Below the pieces are notes generated by a model. The model was not told the origin of the DNA and did not search any database. It saw only the letters and a list, made by a program, of their open reading frames with translations. From an uncultured Poribacteria bacterium (lineage in GTDB: Bacteria; Poribacteria; WGA-4E; WGA-3G): a stretch of 64,000 bases of DNA. Below are positions 1-11,000 of the stretch, piece by piece. Position 1 is the stretch's first letter; each line of letters starts with the position of its first letter. Position numbers and translations under genes: made by a program. The stretch spans positions 544,001 through 608,000 of the forward strand of contig OX638351.1 in NCBI GenBank assembly GCA_951813565.1, written 5' to 3'.

Positions 1-149
1 TCCAATTTTATTTGAAAAAAATAAGAATTTCTGATATACTATGAATATAGGTTGAAATACTCCTGAGTTCAATATAATCATATCATTACTACGGTCTCTC
101 ATATATTTGTTTGGTACAAAAGCAAACGGTAACCAAGGAGGTATACGAA

Positions 150-641
150 ATGTATCGAAACTTGATAAGCATAATAATTGGTTTGATTTTTATCATCGGT
201 GGATTTTCAATTTGGGTTGTGGAAATTCAAGCGAATGAACAATCAACACCTAAAATTGAGCAACAGCAGGTCCAGACAAAAGAAAAGGAAAATACCTGCA
301 ATTGTTCTGCAAAAACAGATGAAAAGGATGAAGCGGAAAAGCCTGAAACAGATACACAGGAGCAAGCACAAGTAAATGTCTACAAAGAATTTACCGCTGA
401 AGGGTACCGTCAAGTGTTGACCAAGCAATTGGACGAAGATACTCAGGTGACAGTTCGCAACGAGCATACACCAGATGGCAAACAACACGGTTGGTCTGCA
501 GGAGTGGAGTTTTCGTTAGATAATGATGGCAAGGCAGTTCGTATCCTAAAAAAGACGGTAGCCGTTGTAACCTATGTCCCGAAGAAAATTGGACAAGGTG
601 CTGTCTTTGTTGGTAAGAGTATAAAAAAGTTGTTTCGGTGA
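150..641 (+). CDS. Hypothetical secreted/membrane-anchored protein
   Basis: ORF 111..641; likely start ATG at 150 after AAGGAGG; N-terminal hydrophobic stretch ending VEIQA, then Glu/Gln-rich region. Confidence 0.7.
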   Translation: MYRNLISIIIGLIFIIGGFSIWVVEIQANEQSTPKIEQQQVQTKEKENTCNCSAKTDEKDEAEKPETDTQEQAQVNVYKEFTAEGYRQVLTKQLDEDTQVTVRNEHTPDGKQHGWSAGVEFSLDNDGKAVRILKKTVAVVTYVPKKIGQGAVFVGKSIKKLFR

Positions 642-728
642 CGGCAAACGGTTTTGCTGCAAACTTTCTGCGTGAGCATACAATAAGTTATAGTAAGTTT
701 TAGAATTAACGGGACATTTTGAGATGTG

Positions 729-822
729 AATCAACGCCAAATGCCAAACGCGCATTTGGCGGGAGGGAACTCCGATTCCCGACTATCGGTGAGTTTCGTC
801 GCGATTCGGGGATCGCTCCTAC
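729..822. repeat. REP doublet (GTAG-type) with an inserted palindromic micro-element
   Basis: aatcaa-cgccaaatgc-N7-gcatttggcg (729-761) interrupts ggagggaactccgattcccgac; inverted partner gtcgcgattcggggatcgctcctac at 798-822. Confidence 0.65.
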
Positions 823-904
823 AGAAATGTGTATCTTTATTTTTTAAGTTCACTATAACTCACGTTAAAATTCAAATTTTTAACAGGAGGAGACAGGTAT
901 TAAT

Positions 905-1183
905 ATGACTGGAGAAGCATTAGGTTTAGTGGAAACAAGAGGCTTGGTTGGCAGCATTGAGGCTGCAGATGCCATGGTAAAAGCCGCTAATGTTCGACTT
1001 GTTGGTTACCAACAAATCGGGGGCGGTTACGTTACTGTGATGGTGCGTGGAGATGTTGGTGCTGTGAAAGCCGCAACAGATGTTGGTGCAGAAGCTGCTG
1101 CACGTGTTGGTGAAGTCGTTTCAGTGCATGTGATTCCACGTCCACATGCTGAAGTTGAAACCATCCTGCCAAATGAATCATAA
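905..1183 (+). CDS. Bacterial microcompartment hexameric shell protein (BMC-H, EutM/PduA/CcmK family)
   Basis: 92 aa, classic [26 protein letters not shown]...GDVGAVKAA...HVIPRPH; RBS AGGAGG upstream. Confidence 0.97.
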   Translation: MTGEALGLVETRGLVGSIEAADAMVKAANVRLVGYQQIGGGYVTVMVRGDVGAVKAATDVGAEAAARVGEVVSVHVIPRPHAEVETILPNES

Positions 1184-1234
1184 TTCATGAACAATCCTCT
1201 AATACGTTTGAATTCGAATAAATAACAAATTGCG

Positions 1235-1948
1235 ATGCATGACCAAACCTTAGTTGAGTTAATTACCCGCCGTGTGGTAAGTCGATTGTCCAATGATCAG
1301 CCTTGCAGCGGGTGCGCTTTGCGCAGCTGCGAAGCGGGGAACCGAGCTTGTGATGTTGCTACGGCGCAACAAAAAATTCCGGTTGGTGTTTCTGCACGAC
1401 ATGCACATGTAACCCAAGAAGACCTTGAAATTCTTTACGGCCCGGGACACCAGCTTACTGTCTACGCACCGCTTTATCAACCAGAAGCGTTTGCTGCGAA
1501 TGAAACAGTCACGGTTGTCGGAAAGCGGATGCGTGCCATTGAACATGTTCGTATTCTCGGACCTGTCAGGGATTATTCACAAGTAGAGGTAGCACAGACG
1601 GAGGCAATTCGCCTCGGTTTGAACCCGCCGATTCGGGATTCTGGCGATCTTGCTGGAGCTGAAGCGATAACCCTTGTCGGTCCCGCAGGAAGTGTTTATT
1701 TAGAAGAGGGCGCGATTTGTGCTACGCGACACATTCACATGACACCTGAGCAAGCGGAGGCTTTTGATATCACGGAAACAGACCTTTTAAAAATCCGCAT
1801 TCCGGGTGAACGTGCGCTAACGTTTGAAAACATTCGCCCAAAAATTCATGAATCTTATGTGCTTCAGATGCATCTGGATACGGATGATTCTAATGCCGCT
1901 GGTTTGAAAGGCGGCGAAGCTGTTGAATTACTACGCGACAAAACATGA
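1235..1948 (+). CDS. pduL: Phosphate propanoyltransferase / BMC phosphotransacylase
   Basis: PTAC motifs IPVGVSARHAHVT, VRILGPVR, QVEVAQTEA, RHIHMTPE, MHLDTDDSNAA; N-terminal encapsulation-peptide-like helix. Confidence 0.93.
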   Translation: MHDQTLVELITRRVVSRLSNDQPCSGCALRSCEAGNRACDVATAQQKIPVGVSARHAHVTQEDLEILYGPGHQLTVYAPLYQPEAFAANETVTVVGKRMRAIEHVRILGPVRDYSQVEVAQTEAIRLGLNPPIRDSGDLAGAEAITLVGPAGSVYLEEGAICATRHIHMTPEQAEAFDITETDLLKIRIPGERALTFENIRPKIHESYVLQMHLDTDDSNAAGLKGGEAVELLRDKT

Positions 1949-2703
1949 CGCCAGAACAGATTACCCAAATAGAAAAAATTGTTGAGAAAGTGCTTGAAGC
2001 ACACTTCCGTAGCACACAACAATCTGAAAAACAGCTGCTCGTAATATTGGGCGCTACGCAACTCCCATTAGAACAGGTAATCCAACAATTCCAAACGTGC
2101 ATGCAAGAAGGATGGAAAATTAGAATTATTCTATCCGATCTTGCAACTAAAACAGCAAACTTTGATCCCATATATTCGACGTTTGGTGAAGATAACGTAT
2201 TGTTGGAAAACAATTTAAGCGATATACCGTCTTTTGTGGAAAGTTCTTCACAGATTGTTCTACCCGCACTTTCCTATCCGATGGCGGGGAAACTCGCTTT
2301 GAAGTTAGTTGATACCCCTTGTACCTATTTGGTTTTCCATGCGCTTTGTTGCGGAAAACGCGTTATAGCTGCATCAGACGTTTCAACTACAAGGAAGTAT
2401 ACAGATAAAAAATCACTTACGCTTGACCAAATTGAACCTGCACATGTAAACGCGTTGACCGAATTTGGCGTTAAATGGGTAACAGTAGATCAAATTGCGG
2501 TAACAGTTCGTGAAGGCAATTCACCAAATCATGTAAGTATAGAAACTCCGGTGATCAGCGCGAATGTGATCGCGAATCTGGCATCTAATGTTCAGGAGTT
2601 AGTTTACACTAAACCATCTATTATAACACCTCTTGCGCGTGAATATGCACAAAAACGAGGTGTTAAGCTTACACCTAAGATTGTAAGTTTAGATGGAGTT
2701 TAG
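1945..2703 (+). CDS. BMC-associated flavoprotein-like (HFCD family) protein
   Basis: Overlaps the pduL stop (ATGA); IVLPALSYPMAGKLAL..DT motif; C-terminal IITPLAREYAQKRGV typical of BMC-locus proteins. Confidence 0.7.
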   Translation: MTPEQITQIEKIVEKVLEAHFRSTQQSEKQLLVILGATQLPLEQVIQQFQTCMQEGWKIRIILSDLATKTANFDPIYSTFGEDNVLLENNLSDIPSFVESSSQIVLPALSYPMAGKLALKLVDTPCTYLVFHALCCGKRVIAASDVSTTRKYTDKKSLTLDQIEPAHVNALTEFGVKWVTVDQIAVTVREGNSPNHVSIETPVISANVIANLASNVQELVYTKPSIITPLAREYAQKRGVKLTPKIVSLDGV

Positions 2704-2778
2704 CGAACCCAACAAATGCCGGACGCGCAGGTCGTGTTGATGCTTTCACACCTAATCTGAACCCACATAAAATTATAC

Positions 2779-2807
2779 TTGACAATTGTGGTAAGAAATT
2801 GTATAAT
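2779..2807 (+). promoter_or_regulatory. Consensus sigma70 promoter
   Basis: TTGACA-N17-TATAAT upstream of the 3061 gene. Confidence 0.7.
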
Positions 2808-3060
2808 TTTCTACATATAGGTTTATCAAATTTATTGTAAAGCATAAAATAAGTAGTTCGCGTTTGCAAACGCGCAGCGTGTACCATTCAATTGTAAATA
2901 TTCTATAAACTCATTTTATGTTGAAAGCAGAGAGAACGCAGATAGAGACTACATTTTACAGAATTAATCGAGATACGAATAGAAAGAAGAATATTATACT
3001 TAATTTACACCAACGGCTAACCCTGCTGGTTTAATATCATTAATTAGGAGGATTCTCATC

Positions 3061-4632
3061 ATGAAACGGATTTTCACTTTGACAATCGCAGGCCTCCTCA
3101 GCTGCTTGCTAATCGGGACGTTGGCGACAGTGAGTTACGCCGATTACGGTTATTATGCGGACCGGCTGAGTCGTGAGCATCGGGTCGCGAATGATGTAGA
3201 TGAATGGATAGAACGCGGCAACGCTACAATTACTGCAAGTCCTATTTTTGAAGATGGCATGCGGCTTACCGCTTGGGCAAATTCCCATCAAGATGCTGAC
3301 AACTATGAATTTGCAATCGCAAGCGGTGTATATCTGTTTGAGATCCCACGGAGCGCGCAATCTATTGAAATCGTAGTTCGTTATAAAGGAGAACCAAATA
3401 GGTTTGAGATAAACGACCATTATGAACCGATTGCGGGTCGTGTTTGGATTCGTAATATCAAACGAGAGGCAACAAGACGCGGCTATCATGACCAAAACGC
3501 CGCGGAAACACGGTACGGAGATACTTTTGTACTTCGCGCAAAAAATCGCTCTGAAACAATCAAAATTCCTGTCGCTGGACACGTTGATGACGGGTGGATG
3601 GAACTTCATGTCGTTGCTGAAGGTGGCGAACAACTTGATGTTGAATATATTGAAGTTTCAACCTATCGCCGAGCACCAAAAGTTCGTGTAGTCCAGCACT
3701 ATACACCTTCCTACCGCTGGCGCCCTTGGAACCGATACACCTATCTCTACTTTTACGACGGTCCCATTTATTACACTTCTGGATACAATTCCTATCTGTG
3801 TTGGAGTTATCCGGTCTACGACCATCGTTACCTTTCAATTCGCACCTATTATGGTGGTTACCTTGGTCGTTACCGCACCTATCATCCAGCACGTTATTCA
3901 TATTACCACTCACCTTACTATGGTGGTTACGGTAGAACTACACCAGTATACCAGAAGCGAACACAGTTAAATAGGTGGAGTGCGCAGCACGAAACAGCGC
4001 GCAAAAATTATTCCCGGAGCCGATTAGCAATACCTTCTCGGACTTCAGAACGGACGCAAATCCAGAATAATGTCCGTGTTGTCATTGAAAACCACCGTAG
4101 GCAAGCACCTCCACCGACTGAACGTGTTGCCCGATCTGCGATAATTTCTCAGAAGCAAAGAATCGCTACAAGATCGAGCACCCGACAAAACGGAGCGGTC
4201 CGGACTTATAGTAGCCGTTCTCGCACTTCAACCCAGCCAACGGACAGTCAGCGGAGACGATTGTTTAATTCACGCTCAAATGTGAATACTGATAGGAGCA
4301 GTGCTTCATCAGTTACAAATAGGTCTTCTCAACTTTATCGGAGATCCGTATCTTCTTCAAGTCGGACGAGTACTTCGTCCAGTTCGCGTTTAAGCAGTAG
4401 TAGCAGTGAACGAACAAAACAGCGCAGTTCGTCTGTTACAACATCAAGATCCACACCGACGCGAACCCAATCACAAACGGTCAGTCGGACATCATCGTCC
4501 AGTTCTCGAACTCGTCCAACAACGACAAGCCGTACTTCAACTCGTTCAAGTTCCAGCTCAAGTAATGATGACGATGATGATAAAACCGAAAATCGGAGTC
4601 GGACAACTTCACGGACAAAACGAAGAAGATAA
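3061..4632 (+). CDS. Secreted hypothetical protein with Tyr-rich middle and Ser/Arg/Thr low-complexity tail
   Basis: 523 aa, signal peptide (..TVSYA), RBS AGGAGG. Confidence 0.8.
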   Translation: MKRIFTLTIAGLLSCLLIGTLATVSYADYGYYADRLSREHRVANDVDEWIERGNATITASPIFEDGMRLTAWANSHQDADNYEFAIASGVYLFEIPRSAQSIEIVVRYKGEPNRFEINDHYEPIAGRVWIRNIKREATRRGYHDQNAAETRYGDTFVLRAKNRSETIKIPVAGHVDDGWMELHVVAEGGEQLDVEYIEVSTYRRAPKVRVVQHYTPSYRWRPWNRYTYLYFYDGPIYYTSGYNSYLCWSYPVYDHRYLSIRTYYGGYLGRYRTYHPARYSYYHSPYYGGYGRTTPVYQKRTQLNRWSAQHETARKNYSRSRLAIPSRTSERTQIQNNVRVVIENHRRQAPPPTERVARSAIISQKQRIATRSSTRQNGAVRTYSSRSRTSTQPTDSQRRRLFNSRSNVNTDRSSASSVTNRSSQLYRRSVSSSSRTSTSSSSRLSSSSSERTKQRSSSVTTSRSTPTRTQSQTVSRTSSSSSRTRPTTTSRTSTRSSSSSSNDDDDDKTENRSRTTSRTKRRR

Positions 4633-4667
4633 AACAACAGAGTTAGCATTATTTAGAGTATTTGACA

Positions 4668-4708
4668 TTGAGGATGCCACGCGCAATAATTGCACGAGGC
4701 ATCCTCAA
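4668..4708. terminator. Inverted repeat / probable terminator or processing hairpin
   Basis: ttgaggatgcc...ggcatcctcaa. Confidence 0.45.
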
Positions 4709-4809
4709 CAATAATTATAGACATCATCATCTACATCAAAATTTGGTGCTAACATCTTGGCAAACTTAGATTTCGCGCGTTATTTTTTCGCGTAGGTTTT
4801 GAGATAAAC

Positions 4810-5370
4810 ATGTTGAAAGTAATACCTTTTTTATTAACTCTTTTGATTATGTTATTGAGCGTCCAATTTTGTTATGCCGAAGAAGTTGACAACAAAATCG
4901 TTCCTACGGAATCTGAACAATCTATAAGACTAATTTCACCCATTGGAACTATGGTGCGTTCAACTGTCTTTCCTGGATGGGGACAATTTCATAGTCGTAA
5001 CTACTTTCGAGGTAGCCTTGTTCTACTCGGTATTGGCAGTTCAGTTGTCGGCACTTTTCTGGCGCATCAATCCTTCGCGACAGAATATGACAACTACATA
5101 ATCACTGCCGGCTATGACCCGGATGATCCTGCAGTGCTGGTAAGTTACGACAAAGCAAATCAGAGATACAAACTCAAAATGTTCTTTATCTATACAGGAA
5201 TTGGGGTTTGGGCTTATAGCATTATTGATTCCTATGTCAGTGCAAACTTTTACAACGCTAATTCGCAAATTCGTTCAATTCAAGAAGACGCACAACACAT
5301 CGAAAAATTGGGACTCCAAGTTGGAATCACCCCATCACGGCTCTATTTAGGGGTCGTCAAAACATTTTAA
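4810..5370 (+). CDS. DUF5683-like membrane/secreted protein
   Basis: SP..MVRSTVFPGWGQF motif, IWAYSIIDSYVSA, C-terminal Phe. Confidence 0.65.
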   Translation: MLKVIPFLLTLLIMLLSVQFCYAEEVDNKIVPTESEQSIRLISPIGTMVRSTVFPGWGQFHSRNYFRGSLVLLGIGSSVVGTFLAHQSFATEYDNYIITAGYDPDDPAVLVSYDKANQRYKLKMFFIYTGIGVWAYSIIDSYVSANFYNANSQIRSIQEDAQHIEKLGLQVGITPSRLYLGVVKTF

Positions 5371-5388
5371 TTTGGAGATGAAAATATT

Positions 5389-5949
5389 ATGTTAAGAGAA
5401 TTGGAAAAAATAAGCATCATACTCGTTTTAATTGTATGTTTTATTGGGTGTGGTGATGTTGATAAAGTGAATCAGGTGCCTCCCGAAGACTATTTAGCAA
5501 TTAATAGCGTTTTAAAACGGTGGCGGGAAGGTTATGAAACCGAAGATGTGGAGACCTATATGAGCGCCTATTGGTCTCAAGGTTTCCGATACGTGTCGGA
5601 CATGGGAACAGATGGTGATAAAACTGACGACCTCATATTTGATGATATCCGAGACGAACGGGATTCTGCTATCCGTGTCTTTGGTCGATTTCAGGATATT
5701 GAGATTGAACTCTCTGTTCCACCAGAAATAGCCGTGGATGAAGACGGGAATCAAGCTGAAGTTCGAAATCACTACCGAATCCAAGGTTTCGTTGCCGATG
5801 GCGAATCACTTGAAGGCGGATTCACCGGATGGTTCGCGGAAGGTGACAATATATTCATTTTTGAAAAAAGAGATGGTGAATGGCGTATTACCGAATGGCA
5901 CGATGAAGCTTTCAGCGATGAAGAAATTCGTATCGCGAATAACCTATAA
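5389..5949 (+). CDS. NTF2/SnoaL-fold-like lipoprotein
   Basis: Lipobox FIGC; WREGYETEDVETYMSAYW and FEKRDGEWRITEW motifs. Confidence 0.65.
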   Translation: MLRELEKISIILVLIVCFIGCGDVDKVNQVPPEDYLAINSVLKRWREGYETEDVETYMSAYWSQGFRYVSDMGTDGDKTDDLIFDDIRDERDSAIRVFGRFQDIEIELSVPPEIAVDEDGNQAEVRNHYRIQGFVADGESLEGGFTGWFAEGDNIFIFEKRDGEWRITEWHDEAFSDEEIRIANNL

Positions 5950-6005
5950 ATCCACACAATGGTTAAATGTAAAGGAGAACAATTTTCGCCCGGTATACGG
6001 AGAAA

Positions 6006-7421
6006 ATGACACTCATGCCTCAAAAAGAGGAACCATTGCATGACTATCTGCAATTCATACGGAAGTACAGTTTTGTTATCTGCCTGAGCACTTTATTGGT
6101 TTTAGGGACCGCGCTTGTTATCTCACTGCGTATACCTAAAACCTATTCTGCTTATACCTTAATGCGACTTATTCAACCTAACACTGCCTCTCCTCTTTCC
6201 TCCAACAATTTGTTCCAATCAGTCTTTTCAGGAGGAGTTGATCGCAGAGAGATGGCAACAATTAGTCAAAGGTTTTCTACAGAGTCCATGCTAAATGCTG
6301 CGATTGAGAACATGGAAGAGAATGAACTCGGAGAGGTGCAGCATCTTCCCAGTATAGGAAATCTCAAACGGAAGTTGAAGGCACAAATTCATCCGGATGC
6401 TGACTATATTGAATTGTCAATTGAATTAACCGAAACTGAAGGAGGCGAGCGTAACGCGGCACTTGTGGTTAATCAACTGGCACGAGACATGCAAACATTA
6501 CGGAGTGAAAATGAAAAAACAAGGTGGGCAACACATCAAAGACTCCTGAAACAAAAACGAGAAGATGTTGACAAGGAAATCCTAAAACTCACGGACGAAA
6601 TCTTGGAATTTGTTCGCGAAAACGGAAGTCCGGAGACATGGTATCCGCAATTAACAAGTTTATTGGAGCAAAACCGAAACTTACAAGAACGACTTGGAAT
6701 CTCTGAACAGGCACTACACGCTGCCCGTAGGCGTCTCACCCATCTCCAAACTCAGCAAAAAAACCTTCCGAAACAGTCGCAAATTTCTGAAACACAAAAT
6801 CACAATCCAATCTGGATTTTTCTGCAAGAAAAATTAGTTAACTTGGAATCCCAGCGCACTGGCGATGCTGAAAAAGCAGGAAAAAGTTCACACGAACTTA
6901 GTGGACTTAATGCACAAATTGATGAAATCCAGAAACAATCTGATTCAATACCGCAAATGGCTACTGCTATTACTTATGGCACCTCTCCACACTATACCTA
7001 TATACAGAATGAATTAATTGAGCTGCCCCCAACCGTTGAAAGTTATGAAAACGAAACAGAACAACTCAAAAAAGAAAAGCAAAAAGCCTATAGCCAATTG
7101 CGAGAACTACTAAGGCAAATACCGGAGAATCAACATACCTTTACACAGTTGCGTGCCAAAATAGAACTTGCCGGCACCCTCAAAGAAGAGATTGAGAAAC
7201 GTTATCTTGAATCTGAGATCATCAGTGCTGAGTCTAACGTTACCGCCTCACAGAAGGGCGGTATTGAAATCGTTGACGTTGCGGTTCCAAGGAAAGTTCC
7301 GGTCAGTCCACAATTCAAATTGATTGTTATTCTTGCAGGCGTTGTCGGATTATGCTTAGGTGTAACGCTTGCTTTATTAATCGAGTATTTCAAAAGTTTT
7401 CCGAATAGTTTACAAAACTGA
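6006..7421 (+). CDS. Wzz/GumC-like polysaccharide co-polymerase family protein (no kinase domain)
   Basis: N-terminal TM (..PKTYSA), long coiled coil, C-terminal IVDVAVP..PVSP + TM. Confidence 0.8.
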   Translation: MTLMPQKEEPLHDYLQFIRKYSFVICLSTLLVLGTALVISLRIPKTYSAYTLMRLIQPNTASPLSSNNLFQSVFSGGVDRREMATISQRFSTESMLNAAIENMEENELGEVQHLPSIGNLKRKLKAQIHPDADYIELSIELTETEGGERNAALVVNQLARDMQTLRSENEKTRWATHQRLLKQKREDVDKEILKLTDEILEFVRENGSPETWYPQLTSLLEQNRNLQERLGISEQALHAARRRLTHLQTQQKNLPKQSQISETQNHNPIWIFLQEKLVNLESQRTGDAEKAGKSSHELSGLNAQIDEIQKQSDSIPQMATAITYGTSPHYTYIQNELIELPPTVESYENETEQLKKEKQKAYSQLRELLRQIPENQHTFTQLRAKIELAGTLKEEIEKRYLESEIISAESNVTASQKGGIEIVDVAVPRKVPVSPQFKLIVILAGVVGLCLGVTLALLIEYFKSFPNSLQN

Positions 7422-7482
7422 ATCATTCCTTCCATTTCTGTTGTGTATGTTTAATAGGGATTTCAGTTTTTTGTTTTAAATT

Positions 7483-7626
7483 GGGCGTGTAAATATTTTG
7501 TCAAATTGGCAAAAAGTGATGCGTTGGGTTTCGCTTACGCTCTACCCAACCTACGAACTGGACTAAATCGAACCTATAAAGTTCTTTTATAGGAGAGGAT
7601 TAGTGCTTAATAAACTTTACACACCC
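7483..7626. mobile_element. MITE (IS256-like ends) carrying an internal REP
   Basis: TIR gggcgtgtaaa / tttacacaccc; perfect 9-bp flanking direct repeat TTTTAAATT; internal REP gttgggtttcgcttacgctctacccaacctac 7523-7554. Confidence 0.75.
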
Positions 7627-7700
7627 TTTTAAATTTTTGTTGTTGCAAAAAAATGACATTATTGGTATGATTTTGTGTGATTTTACACAGTATAACTTTC

Positions 7701-7740
7701 TTTTGTCAAAACTTGACAAAAAATCATATCTATGTTATTA
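7701..7740 (+). promoter_or_regulatory. Promoter with palindromic operator-like site overlapping the -35
   Basis: ttttgtcaa-aac-ttgacaaaa (9-3-9) containing TTGACA, followed by a TGnTATTAT-like -10. Confidence 0.5.
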
Positions 7741-8051
7741 TTGACGCTTAATAATCGTTTTGTGGAGAATTCTCTCAAAACACCCCTTAATTGATGGAGG
7801 GAATCTGATTTCTGCCAATCAACAATCTCAAATTTAGTGGGCAGAGACGTATGATTACCCAAAGGAGTTTAACCAACTTACATTGGAGTTTCACAAACTA
7901 TAACGGATATGTGTGCTTTCCGTTTACATACTCCATAGATTCAATCCATTTTTAAGGTTTCGGAGTTTGAGCATTTAACGCAGCAGTTGCTTGTTTAAGT
8001 TAAATTGTTTAATATCCGAAATAATTTTTTCCTAAGGAGGAATATTAACTA

Positions 8052-11000
8052 ATGAACAAGTTAAAACGATTGACTAATGTTTTGCTTGTAGCGACTTGCA
8101 TCCTAAGTGGATTTGTGCTTTACGGTTGCGGAGCACAGAGCCTTGGACCGCAAGAACCTCTCTTGCCTACTATTGAGGGAGACTCAAAATTCTCAGATCG
8201 ATTCCAATTAGAAGAAGAACCACAGTTCTTCTACGATCTGTTTGGTAAAGAACTATTGGAAGGTAGCGAAGTTTATAACTACCGCGAGCGCAAGGCGTTC
8301 AATCAGAACGGTGAATTGGTTGTCGGATGGACAGGCCAGCTTGATAGTGAACGTTTCTCTGCTCAGTTGGACCGTACCATCTTGACTGAAGATGCCTATC
8401 TGGGTAGATATAATGAGTTTGCAATTGGCGACCATATGCGTCTCAAACCTTCTACTTTGTTCCCAAATCGATATATCGTCTACAAAACCGAATTTGACGG
8501 ATTTCGATGGGATATTTCTTTTGCCCAAGAACGACATCTCTTTACCCTTATCAACTCCCGTATTTCTAACCCTGTTCAATTAAATGATAATGCAGCGAAC
8601 CTGGCACCGACGCTTGGACGTCGCAACGGCTTAAACGACGATGCTGGGGTCCGCCATATTGAAAACGCACGTCTTGTCGGTTTTAGAGGACAAGGGCTTT
8701 TAGGGGACATCTTCCGTGTCGGGTTTACTTATGTGAACTTGCATAAAGAACACCCTGAACGTGTTGAAAACCCATTGATGGGAACCGTCGCCAATACACC
8801 ACCAGAAAGCATTACAGTTGTTTTCCGGGATGACTCCCCCGAAGACAACCACGTCGCACAAATTACTGACTTTGATGGGTATGATCCAAACCTACATGGT
8901 GAAAATATCCAAGGTGGTGTCGGTGCTGCTTTCAAAATGATGGTCATCAACATTATCACACAAGAACTTGAAGATGTATCCGTTGAAGAGTTAGAAGAAG
9001 GATATGAACCCAGTTTGCAACCTGAACAGTCGCAGCAGATTGAGGTCTTTATTGACGATATAACTCCTGTTGACGCTGCTGTTGATGAGGTGCGTGATTC
9101 CGTTGATGGAGAATGGAAGATCGTTGATGGTTTCAACAAGATGAGGTATGACCTCGTGTTTGCTGACCACGATATTGACCCTCGGACAGTAAAATCTGTT
9201 GATTTTGAGATGGTTGTTGCGGGTGACTATAATATTGCTGTAGTCGGTTTTAGTGAAGCGAACATGGCTGAGTCAGACCCTGAAATTCAGGAATGGATTA
9301 AAACTGAAGACGGTCATATTCAAATGCCGTATCGTGACATTATTGAGGCACCCGGAAACTACGGGCAATCTCCTGATTATACCGATAACCGAGAAAACCT
9401 TGTAGATAATCCCAGCGCATGGGAAGGTGAAGGAAGGCCTCGGAAAATCCGCTACCGTTATGGTGCAGCACGGGCTGCGGTTCTCTATGGACTTGATCTT
9501 GAAGGAACCGTTGGAAATGTCTTTGTCAGGGCACATTATTCTATTAACGGCAAATACAAACAGTACCCCACGATTCCTAAAGATAAGGTTGGATTTAGTA
9601 GGGTCACCGCAAATATTGAAACTGAAGACGGTGAAGAACCGACAGGTATCCAAATTGATCCCGCCACTCAACTTGCAGTTGACGCAAACGGTATACCCAC
9701 CTACTCAGAAACTGAGGGTGAACGTTTTGAAGCACTGCTCGGTGGAGATGGCACAGATGAAGGTGGTGATGGAGAACTTGGTAGAGAAACCGCATGGTTC
9801 GTCCAACTCAAATCACGTTTTGGAAAACTCTATCTTGAAGGTGTCTTATACCACATTGATCCTGGTTACACGACCACTTATCTGAACTTCGGTTCTAACA
9901 GCGACCGTGACCAACCGTACGCACTTCCTCGGACACAAGAATCTGCAAATGAACGCGATCCGTGGGATATAGAAAATTACGCACTTGTTGAAGACGATGA
10001 CGATGACGATGATTGGCCCGATGATGACGACTTTGACGGGGTGCTCCCGCGCGCTGATGACCGTGATCAGAATGGGATTTTAGACTTCCAAGAAGATTTT
10101 CTCATCTTTGAAGCTGATCCTCCTGTCTTTACTGACCTGATTGACTTGAATAATAACGGGACCATCGATTCGCTGGAGGATGATTTTGAACCACAATACG
10201 AATATGGTATTGACCGTGATGGCTATCATCTCAAAGCAGAATACGACTTACTTGATAATCTCTCCCTTCAAGTCGGATGGTTGAACGAAAGTGAAATCTC
10301 AAGTAGACGAAAAAATGATTCCAAATATCTACATGTAACTTATCAACGTGACATCCCTGATTTTGGAACTATTCTCTTCCAGAACCGATTCGTCCGAGTC
10401 CGAGACGATATCCCTGATTACACTATCACCCTTCGTGTCGGTGAATTGGAACCTGAACAAATTACTGACGAACTTGATTACTATAACGCTCGCGTAAATA
10501 CGACAACGCTTCAGTTCCTTTATACTGCTGTGCCTAACCTCACATTAGAAGCTAAGCTTCTCGTTGTTTTGCAGAAACAATTTGAACTGGATGCAGAGGA
10601 AGCTGTCTTCTTAGATGTTGAGTTTGACGAGGCTGCAGATTTGTTTGAACCGGATGAACGCGTTGACTTCATGGTGCCCGACGAACAAGTTCGCACAAGT
10701 GGTCAAAAACGGGAATATCCGTTCTATCCTGACCATGGAATTAACGCACTTGACGCAGCTGATACCGGCCTGATCTACGATACCGATAACTGGAAAACAC
10801 GGCGTTATCCCGAACGGAATATACGTAGTCAGCAGACGATTTTAAAGGCAAGATATGAAATCCCACTCGGAGACTTTCCTGTAATTGAAAGAATCGGTGA
10901 AGATTTCACGTTGACGCCTATGGTTAAGTATATTTGGGATCGCGCCTTTGACAGAAGTGCTGAAGAAATTGGGGACGCACTGAACTCGCGTTTCTTCGTT

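Noticed and set aside
726..908. 60-aa ORF before the BMC gene (similarly 40597-40828 and 23367-23699)
   Set aside because: Made largely of REP/micro-element sequence or antisense to another gene; no RBS or protein features
6006..7421. Capsule/EPS biosynthesis cluster
   Set aside because: No glycosyltransferase, flippase, polymerase or Wza gene adjacent
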